This document shows, one piece after another, positions 56,432-64,000 of a stretch of 64,000 nt of DNA. The stretch is taken from assembly GCA_964195545.1 (NCBI GenBank), contig CAXMQQ010000006.1, positions 27,900 through 91,899 of the forward strand, in the 5' to 3' direction. How positions within the stretch are numbered: position 1 is the first letter of the stretch; the number at the start of each line of letters is the position of its first letter. The translations under genes and the position numbers were made by a program. The notes beneath the pieces are model-generated. The model saw nothing but the letters and a program-made list of their open reading frames with translations. It was not told where the DNA came from and searched no databases. This stretch comes from an uncultured Acidimicrobiia bacterium (GTDB taxonomy: Bacteria; Actinomycetota; Acidimicrobiia; Spongiisociales; UBA5794).

Positions 56432-56944
56432 TTAGCTCTCGGTGATCGAGATGCTGTTGATCGTTGCCGGGGTGTTCGGGAGGTCTTGTCGGCCCTTCGG
56501 GGCGTTCGCGATCGTGTCGACGATGTCCATGCCCTCGGTCACCTGTCCGAAGATGGAGTACTGGTTCGGCAGGGGATAGTCGGCGTGCATGATGAAGAAC
56601 TGTGACCCGTTCGTGTTCGGGCCGGAGTTCGCCATCGCAAGCGTGCCACGGTCGTACTTCGACTTCGCGTGCCCGAGCTCGTCGCGGAAGCGGTAGCCGG
56701 GACCACCGGTGCCGGTGCCGGTGGGATCTCCGCCTTGAACCATGAAGCCGGAGATGACGCGGTGAAAGATCACGTCGTCATAGAAACCTTCGCGTGCAAG
56801 GAATATGAAGTTGTTTACGGTCTGCGGCGCCTCGGCTGCGTAGAACTCGACGGCGATCTCACCGGCGCTCGTTTCGATCGTCGCGGTGTAGGTCTTTGAG
56901 AGATCGATCGACATCTCGGGAGGGTCGTTGTATTGAGCGGCCAT
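56432..56944 (-). CDS. Cyclophilin-type peptidyl-prolyl isomerase
   Basis: FHRVISGFMVQGGDP and MANSGPNTNGSQFF motifs. ATG at 56944 is preceded by GAAGGAG. The longer ORF to 57178 is Arg/Ser-rich shadow. Confidence 0.92.
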   Translation of the reverse strand: MAAQYNDPPEMSIDLSKTYTATIETSAGEIAVEFYAAEAPQTVNNFIFLAREGFYDDVIFHRVISGFMVQGGDPTGTGTGGPGYRFRDELGHAKSKYDRGTLAMANSGPNTNGSQFFIMHADYPLPNQYSIFGQVTEGMDIVDTIANAPKGRQDLPNTPATINSISITES

Positions 56945-57000
56945 GCGTGGCTCCTTCACGTTGCGATTCGTGGCGCCAGCCACCCTAGAGGAACGGGGGC

Positions 57001-57043
57001 GTCTGGCTGTTGGCTTCTTGACTGTTGGCTGTCTGCTGCCCGC
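57001..57043. repeat. Heptanucleotide tandem array H3 (degenerate)
   Basis: GTCTGGC TGTTGGC TTCTTGAC TGTTGGC TGTCTGC TGCCCGC. Confidence 0.65.
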
Positions 57044-57047
57044 TCGC

Positions 57048-58280
57048 CTAGAACCCGCGGCGGCGGCGGATCTTGCGCTGGGAGCCCGCCTTGAAGGGGG
57101 CCAATTCGGCGGGAGGCTCCCATGAGAACAGATCCGCGACACGTTCGTCATTAGAGAACATCTTGATGATCGGCACATTCAATCCGGCTCTGCGTTGGAT
57201 GCCGAGCACTTCGTTCACTTGGTCCCACTCGACGAGTGTGACAACCAGACCCTCTTCCCCCGCACGGGCCGTTCGCCCGGACCGATGGAGATAGGTCTTT
57301 GGGTCGTCCGGCGGGTCGTAGTGAAGCACGATGTCGACGCCTTCGATGTGGAGACCTCTGGCTGCCACGTTCGTGGCGACGAGGACAGTCGCCTTGCCGT
57401 CGCGGAACCGTGATAGCGACTGTTCGCGCTTCTGCTGCGGCAGATCTCCGTGGATCGCAGCCGCGTTGATTCCGATCTCGCGGAGTCGTTTGGTGAGGTC
57501 GTCAGCGGCCCACTTCGTCCGGGTGAACATGAGGGTTCTATCCGCAGCGCGGCTGATCTCGGCCGCCATCTTCGGCTTGTCGAGGTGATGCACCTTGAGG
57601 AAGCGATGCTCCAAGGTGTCGACGTGGTCGGTGTCGGACTCGACCTCGTGGCTCACAGGGTCGGTCATGTACTTGTTGACCAACTCTTGTACCTGGGAGT
57701 CCAGCGTCGCCGAGTAGAGGTACGTCTGGTGATCATCGGGGACGGCTGCCATGATCTTGCGAACCTGGGGCATGAAGCCCATGTCTGCCATCTGATCGGC
57801 TTCGTCGAGACAGACGACCCTGATGTCATCGAGGCGTGCTTTGCGACGCTCCATGAGGTCGATGAGACGGCCCGGCGTAGCGATGATGAGTTCGACTCCG
57901 GCGTCGAGCGCATCGATCTGGGCCTGCATCGAGGCACCGCCGTAGACGGTGACGAGGTTGAAGTTGCGAGCGGCTACGAGCGGGTCGAGATCCCGGGTGA
58001 CCTGCATCGCCAATTCCCGGGTCGGTACGAGCACGAGGGCTCGCGGATGGAACGGCTCGGCTCGCTCGAGACCTTCGACGATCGGAAGTCCGAACGCGAG
58101 GGTCTTGCCTGACCCGGTCTTTGCCTTTCCGAGCACGTCAACGCCGGCGAGGCCGTCTGGGATGGTCATCGCTTGGATGGGGAACGGTGTCTCGAATCCG
58201 GCTTCGGCTAGCACAGCGAGGAGTTCGGGGGCAATGCCGAGTTCGGCGAAAGTCGTGTTGGTAGCGAGTTCGTTGGTCAA
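57048..58280 (-). CDS. DEAD-box RNA helicase
   Basis: AKTGSGKT, DEAD, SAT and HRSGRTAR motifs. TTG start. Confidence 0.93.
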   Translation of the reverse strand: MTNELATNTTFAELGIAPELLAVLAEAGFETPFPIQAMTIPDGLAGVDVLGKAKTGSGKTLAFGLPIVEGLERAEPFHPRALVLVPTRELAMQVTRDLDPLVAARNFNLVTVYGGASMQAQIDALDAGVELIIATPGRLIDLMERRKARLDDIRVVCLDEADQMADMGFMPQVRKIMAAVPDDHQTYLYSATLDSQVQELVNKYMTDPVSHEVESDTDHVDTLEHRFLKVHHLDKPKMAAEISRAADRTLMFTRTKWAADDLTKRLREIGINAAAIHGDLPQQKREQSLSRFRDGKATVLVATNVAARGLHIEGVDIVLHYDPPDDPKTYLHRSGRTARAGEEGLVVTLVEWDQVNEVLGIQRRAGLNVPIIKMFSNDERVADLFSWEPPAELAPFKAGSQRKIRRRRGF

Positions 58281-58387
58281 GGTGAGGTCACCAGTCGTAG
58301 AGAGGCTGGCCGGATGCGGCCGCTCGCAAAGGTAGTGGCGCCAAGGCGTTACACCGAGGACCGAATCGATCTCGAACGAGCCGATCC

Positions 58388-59203
58388 TCAGCCGAGGACG
58401 CTACGAACGACGCCCTGACGGGCCGCGGAGCGCCTCCCGACGCTGAGCCCTGCGGCGAAGGCTGCGCTCGCGATGCCGGCAGCGCCGACTGCGGCCGTGG
58501 TGCGCTTCATGACCTTCTTGCGTGTCCGGCTGAACTCAACGATCGCCCAGCCGCGGTGGTAGGCGATGGTCTCGAGCGCACGATCCGGGTTGACGGCGAC
58601 CGGGTGGCCGACAATCTCGAGCATCGGCAGGTCTCCGGCAGAATCTGTATAGGCATACGACAGCCGAAGGTCGTAGCCCTTGTCTTCAGAGAGTTTCCGA
58701 ATGGCAATCGCCTTGCCTTCGCCGTAACAGAACGGTTCGGCGAGTTCTCCTGTGTAGACACCGTTGTCGACGGCAGCAACCGTCCCGAGTCCTCCGGTGA
58801 GGCCGATCGCCGCGGCGAAATCGTCGACGATCTCGATAGGAGATGCCGACACAATGTACGTGTCGCGATCCGCGGCGTGATGAAGGTCGATGAGTCCGCG
58901 GGCTTCGCGTCTCACCTCGTTCTCGAGGCGTGGAATGATCTGCTCCCCGAGTCCGGCCATCTCCTCGACCGTGGCGCCGTCGATGGCTTGGAGAACTCTG
59001 TTCTTGACCGCATCGGTCTTCTCATCGGACGCCCCTGCTATCAGGAAAGTTGCAGCGTTTCTAGCATCTGCGATGAGCTCCCGGTTGCTGATCATGCCAG
59101 AGCGATAGGCCGCCCATCCGAGAGCGAACACGGACGATCCGCTGATGATCGTTCGATCGAGGTCGAAGAAGGCTGCGCCCCTTCTACGTGGTTCGTCTGT
59201 CAC
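58388..59203 (-). CDS. HAD-IB family hydrolase (SerB-like phosphatase)
   Basis: DxDxT motif (FFDLDRTI) and a distal YTDSAGDLP motif. GTGA overlap with the upstream fadE stop. Confidence 0.85.
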   Translation of the reverse strand: MTDEPRRRGAAFFDLDRTIISGSSVFALGWAAYRSGMISNRELIADARNAATFLIAGASDEKTDAVKNRVLQAIDGATVEEMAGLGEQIIPRLENEVRREARGLIDLHHAADRDTYIVSASPIEIVDDFAAAIGLTGGLGTVAAVDNGVYTGELAEPFCYGEGKAIAIRKLSEDKGYDLRLSYAYTDSAGDLPMLEIVGHPVAVNPDRALETIAYHRGWAIVEFSRTRKKVMKRTTAAVGAAGIASAAFAAGLSVGRRSAARQGVVRSVLG

Positions 59204-60978
59204 TTCGCCGTCTCCAGACCTTCGACGGGGATGGCGAACAGACCTGCGGCCCCGGCCTTCACCGACGGAAGGAGGCCCGACGCGGTCGGCAGCAACTGTT
59301 CGGCGTAGAACGCGGCAGTATCGATCTTCGCCTCGAGCCACGGATCCGTCTCTTCTGCGCCAGCGGCGAGTGCGAGGCGTGCCAGGTAGTAGCCGCCCGC
59401 AACGACCCCGAACATCTTCAGATACGGGGTTGCGCCGGCGAGCCGATCGTTGGGATCTTCAGAGGCGAGCAGCCACTCGGTGGCATCACGCAACGCGGCA
59501 ACGCTCATTGCGAGTGTGTCACGCATCGCCGTGAGGCGCGGATCTTCGCTCTTGCCGAGGGGGTCTGTGAGTGCAGCCATCTCGCCGAGGTATGAACGGA
59601 CCACGCTTCCGTCGTCCATCGGGAGTTTGCGCATGACGAGGTCAATCGCCTGGATGCCGTTCGTACCCTCGTAGATGGGCGTGATCCGGGCATCGCGGTA
59701 GTGCTGGGCCGCTCCAGTCTCTTCGATGTAGCCCATGCCACCGTGGACCTGGATGCCGATGGACGTCATCTCGACGCCGATGTCGGTGCACCAGGCCTTC
59801 GCCACCGGTGTCAGCAAGGCGACCCGATCGCTCCCGGCACGCCGGCCTGCCTCGTCGGGGTGACGGTGCATCCGTTCGCCAGAGGCCGCCGTGTCATAGA
59901 GAAGAGCCCGGGCGGCCTCGTTGTACGCCTTCATGGTCATCAGCATCCGGCGAACGTCCGGGTGCTCGATGATCGGAGAGACTTCGGTCTTCGGTGTTCC
60001 GATGGCCCGCCCCTGGGTGCGTTCTTGTGCATATTCCACGGCCTGCTGGTATGCACGGTCGGAGATGCCCAACCCCTCGAGGCCAACTTCACGTCTGGCC
60101 TGATTCATCATGGCGAACATATAGACCATGCCCCGGTTCGGCTCGCCGATGAGGTAGCCGATCGAGTCGTCGTACGCCTGCACGCACGTCGGGCTTCCGT
60201 GGATCCCGAGCTTGTGTTCGATCGATACGGTCTCGACGTTGTTCCATGCTCCGATCGTGCCGTCAGCATTGACGAGCATCTTCGGGACGATGAAGAGTGA
60301 GATGCCTCTCGTCCCCGGAGGGGCATCGGGGAGTCGGGCGAGGACGAGATGGATGATGTTGTCGGAGAGGTCGTGATCGCCCCACGTGATGAAGATCTTC
60401 GACCCGTTTATGAAGTAGGTGCCGTCGTCGTTCGGAGTCGCCTTCGTGCGGAGCGCTCCGACGTCTGAGCCCGCCTCCGGCTCGGTGAGAACCATCGTCC
60501 CCGTCCACTCGGCTGTGACAAGTTTCTCGAGATAGGTGTCCCGGAGTTCGTCATCGGCGTGATCTCTGATCACGGTGATCGCCGATCCGGTAAGCATCGG
60601 GTTCAGGGAGAACGCCAGGTTGGCCGAGACGAACATCTCACTGACCGCGAATCCGACCGTTTCGGGAAATCCGTGACCTCCGTACTCGGGAGGGCCGGTG
60701 ACGGCGCTCCACCCAGCGTCGACGTACTTGCGCCAGGCATCCTTGAAGGCGTCCGGCGTGGCGACGCTTCCTGCGGCCCAGGTGGCGCCGATCTCGTCTC
60801 CCGCCCGGTTCGTCGGGGCGACGACTTCGGAAATGAACCGTCCGGCCTCGTCGAGCGCACCGTCGATCGTCTCTGGATCTACATGTTCGAACCCGGGGTA
60901 CTCGATGATCTCATCGAGATCAGCGATGTGACGCATGACGAACTTGATATCGCGCAGCGGTGGTGTGTAGTCGGGCAT
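59200..60978 (-). CDS. fadE: Large acyl-CoA dehydrogenase (FadE5-like), paralog of 17788..19590
   Basis: TEPEAGSD and YEGTNGIQ motifs, collinear with the other FadE. Confidence 0.92.
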   Translation of the reverse strand: MPDYTPPLRDIKFVMRHIADLDEIIEYPGFEHVDPETIDGALDEAGRFISEVVAPTNRAGDEIGATWAAGSVATPDAFKDAWRKYVDAGWSAVTGPPEYGGHGFPETVGFAVSEMFVSANLAFSLNPMLTGSAITVIRDHADDELRDTYLEKLVTAEWTGTMVLTEPEAGSDVGALRTKATPNDDGTYFINGSKIFITWGDHDLSDNIIHLVLARLPDAPPGTRGISLFIVPKMLVNADGTIGAWNNVETVSIEHKLGIHGSPTCVQAYDDSIGYLIGEPNRGMVYMFAMMNQARREVGLEGLGISDRAYQQAVEYAQERTQGRAIGTPKTEVSPIIEHPDVRRMLMTMKAYNEAARALLYDTAASGERMHRHPDEAGRRAGSDRVALLTPVAKAWCTDIGVEMTSIGIQVHGGMGYIEETGAAQHYRDARITPIYEGTNGIQAIDLVMRKLPMDDGSVVRSYLGEMAALTDPLGKSEDPRLTAMRDTLAMSVAALRDATEWLLASEDPNDRLAGATPYLKMFGVVAGGYYLARLALAAGAEETDPWLEAKIDTAAFYAEQLLPTASGLLPSVKAGAAGLFAIPVEGLETAK

Positions 60979-61064
60979 ACGGGAAGATTAGGCCGCGGGG
61001 ACTCGGCGTGAGCCGAGGGAGGGGTCAGACGTACGACATGAGATATGAGATGGGGAGTCTCTTC

Positions 61065-61085
61065 GGACTACGGACTAGCGACTAC
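61065..61085. repeat. Heptanucleotide tandem array H4
   Basis: GGACTAC GGACTAG CGACTAC (reverse complement GTAGTCG CTAGTCC GTAGTCC). An ATGAGAT x2 duplication lies nearby at 61038..61051. Confidence 0.7.
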
Positions 61086-61095
61086 GAAGCAGGCC

Positions 61096-61287
61096 TTACG
61101 CGTCGGCGCCGACCGGTTCCCGGGTCTCGGTGGGAAGAGCGGAATCGTGCGACAGTAGCGTTCTTACGTCGAGGGCGAAGTCGATGACACGGGAGTCGAT
61201 CCACATGGCGTTCTCGTCCAGCCAGGTGTCGATGAACGCCACCGTCTGGAGCGTCTTCATCGATTCAGTCGTTCGTTCGGCGGTCAT
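61096..61287 (-). CDS. Small hypothetical protein (63 aa)
   Basis: ORF with GC3-biased codons and no recognisable motif. Confidence 0.4.
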   Translation of the reverse strand: MTAERTTESMKTLQTVAFIDTWLDENAMWIDSRVIDFALDVRTLLSHDSALPTETREPVGADA

Positions 61288-61361
61288 CGCTTCCCGTTCG
61301 CTCGGTTACCAAAGGGTACGCCATAGGCTGACCTACTCCCTACATCGGCTCGGAAACCATC

Positions 61362-61940
61362 ATGCTCAAGCGTCATCTCATTCTGACCGCGGTAGCGATC
61401 GCAGCGGCGACCGCCGCCTGTTCTTCGAGCGAGGTGGCAACCGTCGACGACGGCGCCTCCCAGGCACCGGACACGACCGTGGCAGCCGTGGAGGTTGAGC
61501 AGCACGACGACGCTGGAGGAATCTTCATGGTCCAAGACGGAGATCTCGTGGAAGTGCACTACGACGGCACGCTCGACGACGGTTCAACATTCGACTCGTC
61601 ACGGGAGCGAGGCACACCGTTCTCGTTCGAAGTCGGCACCGGTCAGGTGATCCCCGGCTTCGATGAAGCCGTTCGTGGGTTGAAGACCGGAGAGTCGCGT
61701 GAAGTGCGGATTTCTCCCGGCGAGGCGTACGGCGAACGGTCCGACGAGAACATCGTGGAGGTCCCCTACGGGCCCGATCAGAGCGACGTCGCCGTCGGCG
61801 ATCAGGTACATCTGAACACCGGTCAGAGCGCGATCGTCCTCGAGGTGAAGAAGGACACGGTCGTCCTCGACGCCAACCACGAATTGGCGGGCCAAGCCCT
61901 GACGTTCAACATCGAGGTGCTGTCGATTACTCGACCGTGA
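61362..61940 (+). CDS. FKBP-type peptidyl-prolyl isomerase lipoprotein
   Basis: Lipobox (ATAACSS) and an FKBP core (VHYDGTLDDGSTFDSS ... GQVIPGFDEAV). Confidence 0.88.
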   Translation: MLKRHLILTAVAIAAATAACSSSEVATVDDGASQAPDTTVAAVEVEQHDDAGGIFMVQDGDLVEVHYDGTLDDGSTFDSSRERGTPFSFEVGTGQVIPGFDEAVRGLKTGESREVRISPGEAYGERSDENIVEVPYGPDQSDVAVGDQVHLNTGQSAIVLEVKKDTVVLDANHELAGQALTFNIEVLSITRP

Positions 61941-61948
61941 AGGTTTCG

Positions 61949-61976
61949 TGCTCGGTTGTCGGTTGTTGGTAGTCGG
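61949..61976. repeat. Heptanucleotide tandem array H5
   Basis: TGCTCGG TTGTCGG TTGTTGG TAGTCGG, between convergent genes. Confidence 0.7.
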
Positions 61977-62010
61977 CGAAGGCCCCCTCGTGCTGTTTGC
62001 CGTCTCCCTG

Positions 62011-63813
62011 TCAGGCGTCACCTACCTCATGTCTCGCCCACAGGAGTTTGAACTCTTCTGATGTCTTCAGGAGTTCTTGGGCGGTTCCGGTTGCATCGAT
62101 CCTTCCGTCCTTCATGACCACGACGAGGTCGGCTCGTTGGAGGGCGGGCTTGCGGTGGGAGACGACGAGAGCCGTCGTTCCCGAACCATCGGTGAAGAGT
62201 CGGTCCCACAGGACCTGCTCGGTTTCGACGTCCAGGGCGCTCGAGAGATCATCGAAGATGAGCAGGTCGGGCCGGCGAACCAGCATCCTTGCTGCTGCCG
62301 ATCGCTGTACTTGGCCACCGGAGAGCCGCACTCCCCTTGGACCGACCATCGTTTCGAGACCATCGTGCATGGCCTCGAGGTCTTGCTCCATCGTTGCCGT
62401 CCGAATAGCAGCGTGCACTTCCTCATCGCTTGCATCGACGCCGAGCGTCAGGTTCTCTGCGAGGGTGAGCGAGAACAGACGCGGTACCTGTGGCGTGTAG
62501 GCCGTACGCGGTGGCTTCATGAACGATGCGGGGTCGGAGACGATTCCTCCTCGCCACTGGATCGTTCCGTCATCGAGGGGAAGAAGGCCGAGCACGCTAC
62601 GCAGGAGCGTTGTCTTGCCCGATCCGATCCGTCCCGTGACGACGACGAACCCGCCCGGTTCTACATCGAGATCGACGGATTCGATCCCCATTCCGGACGA
62701 CGGGTAGCGGTAGCCGAGACCCCGAACGGAGAGCAGCGGGGCCCCGCTGACATCCGAGTCTGCAACTGCTGGTGTTCCCGGCCGCATGTGTGGTTCCGGC
62801 TCGGCGAACAGGTCTCGGTCGGCAACGAGGTCGCGCCAGGTCGCTCCTCGCATCAACGAGATGATCCGATCGACCGATACCCCCGCTTGTTTGAGCCTCG
62901 CGATGAACAGACCCACGAAGTACGCGGAGTCAGTCACCATCGCGAGCAGGTAGACAAACAGGCTGAACTGTCCGATGGTGAGACCGGCGGAACCGTCTGT
63001 GGAGATCGTCCCTGCAGCGAGGATCAGGATGAGTCCGGTTCCGATACTGACGGTGTTGTGGAAGACCGCTTCGAGGCCGGCGGTGAAGGTCCGATCGCGA
63101 ACCATCATCGTACGTCGCTCAGCGTTCAACTCGTCGAAGTGTTGGAGCATCGTGTCCTCCGCTCCGGCGACCTTGACCGACTGGACGGATCCGAGCGTCT
63201 CACCGAGGAATCCGGTGATCGCCTCCGTCGACTCGCGCGCAGCGGTTCGGTACCGGCGGATCGTTGATCCGGTCCGACTCACGACCAGGATCACGATCGC
63301 CACCGGCGCGAATACCACGATCGTCATGGTCGGGTTGATCGTCAAGAGGATGATGATCGCCACGATCGCCGACACCGTCGATCCGATGAAGTCAACGGTG
63401 AAGTCCATGGCCTCGAGTGTGTGATCGACGTCGTCACGAAAGCGCGACACGACCTCGCCGGGCGTCTCATCGACCGGGCGGGCACCCGGAAGCGAGAAGA
63501 TCCACGCCAGCATCGAGCCGCGTATCCCTGCACCCGCCCGGAACAGCAGGGCCGAGTGGAGTCGCATTGCGATGAATACGGCGCCGATGCGCGCGGCCAG
63601 ATAGGCCCAGAGGACAGCCAGGATCGTTGTGAGGTTCCAACCCGCGGTTTCGCCGGTGAGTTGGTCGAAGAACGCGGCGATGAGGAGTCCGACGATGATC
63701 GGTGAAGACCAGATCGTGATCCACATCACGAGACTCGAGAAGTAGCGAAGCCGCTGATTGGAGATGAGAGCCACTACGACCCTGGAGATCGGCGTCTGAG
63801 AGCGAGCGTTCAT
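62011..63813 (-). CDS. Fused permease/ATPase ABC exporter
   Basis: Six-TM N-terminal domain, Walker A GRIGSGKTT, LSGGQVQR, LLIFDD. Confidence 0.92.
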   Translation of the reverse strand: MNARSQTPISRVVVALISNQRLRYFSSLVMWITIWSSPIIVGLLIAAFFDQLTGETAGWNLTTILAVLWAYLAARIGAVFIAMRLHSALLFRAGAGIRGSMLAWIFSLPGARPVDETPGEVVSRFRDDVDHTLEAMDFTVDFIGSTVSAIVAIIILLTINPTMTIVVFAPVAIVILVVSRTGSTIRRYRTAARESTEAITGFLGETLGSVQSVKVAGAEDTMLQHFDELNAERRTMMVRDRTFTAGLEAVFHNTVSIGTGLILILAAGTISTDGSAGLTIGQFSLFVYLLAMVTDSAYFVGLFIARLKQAGVSVDRIISLMRGATWRDLVADRDLFAEPEPHMRPGTPAVADSDVSGAPLLSVRGLGYRYPSSGMGIESVDLDVEPGGFVVVTGRIGSGKTTLLRSVLGLLPLDDGTIQWRGGIVSDPASFMKPPRTAYTPQVPRLFSLTLAENLTLGVDASDEEVHAAIRTATMEQDLEAMHDGLETMVGPRGVRLSGGQVQRSAAARMLVRRPDLLIFDDLSSALDVETEQVLWDRLFTDGSGTTALVVSHRKPALQRADLVVVMKDGRIDATGTAQELLKTSEEFKLLWARHEVGDA

Positions 63814-64000
63814 GCGAGCACCTCCTCCATGCCGGCAGTCAGGAGTTCGGAGAACCTCGACTCAGGATCCGCGGCGAGTGTGGATCGCTCACCGAACTCG
63901 GCGACGTGACCATCGTCCAGGATGAGGATGTCGTCTGCTCTGGTGACGGTGCCGAGTCGGTGGGCGATGACGATGCCGGTGCGTCCCTCGAGGAGATGGT
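63810..64000 (-). CDS. ABC exporter, C-terminal end only (gene continues beyond the window)
   Basis: The reverse strand reads ...LEGRTGIVIAHRLGTVTRADDILILDDGHV...EEVLA-stop. ATGA overlap with the downstream partner suggests a heterodimeric pair. Confidence 0.85.
   Translation of the reverse strand, partial: HLLEGRTGIVIAHRLGTVTRADDILILDDGHVAEFGERSTLAADPESRFSELLTAGMEEVLA

Overview
GC-rich, densely coding chromosomal segment with actinobacterial-type gene content: a dnaK-grpE-dnaJ-hspR operon, a WhiB-family regulator, the proteasome accessory factors Bpa and PAC2, a mycothiol-type DinB protein and an LLM/F420-type oxidoreductase. I call about 60 protein genes and found no rRNA, tRNA, CRISPR array, prophage or transposase. 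Most content is housekeeping or metabolic:
- chaperones
- murI, proC plus proline dehydrogenase, fhs, pheA
- a glgA / GH13 glycogen cluster
- two FadE5-like acyl-CoA dehydrogenases
- NhaA and CaCA antiporters
- a penicillin-acylase family protein and an aldehyde:ferredoxin oxidoreductase
- several ABC transporters
- a GAF-kinase / NarL-type two-component pair

Many neighbouring genes overlap by GTGA or ATGA (stop and start share bases). I used these overlaps to choose start codons shorter than the longest ORFs in the track.

Items ordinary annotation would not explain:
1. A 58-bp repeat family with complementary ends occurs three times. Two inverted copies bracket a DUF559/AbiEi-type nuclease-fold gene. 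The third copy sits exactly at the break point of a truncated galK.
2. Short tandem heptanucleotide arrays (roughly WGTYKGC, 3-5 units) occur in at least six intergenic regions. They resemble cyanobacterial STRR repeats.
3. A CstR-like (x-C-x-C) CsoR-family repressor has a perfect 10-bp-arm palindromic operator and two rhodaneses, and lies divergent from dnaK.
4. Two genes are decayed: a galK C-terminal fragment and an aldo/keto reductase with an internal deletion plus frameshifts.
5. An apparently orphan SPPY-motif DNA methyltransferase is translationally coupled to a polytopic membrane protein.
6. An internally repeated lipoprotein is coupled to a tandemly duplicated ABC ATPase/permease module.
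7. A stress/dormancy-like cluster combines FHA, GAF-kinase, NarL regulator, CBS-BON, WhiB and PPK2.

All calls rest on motif recognition by eye. No database search was possible.
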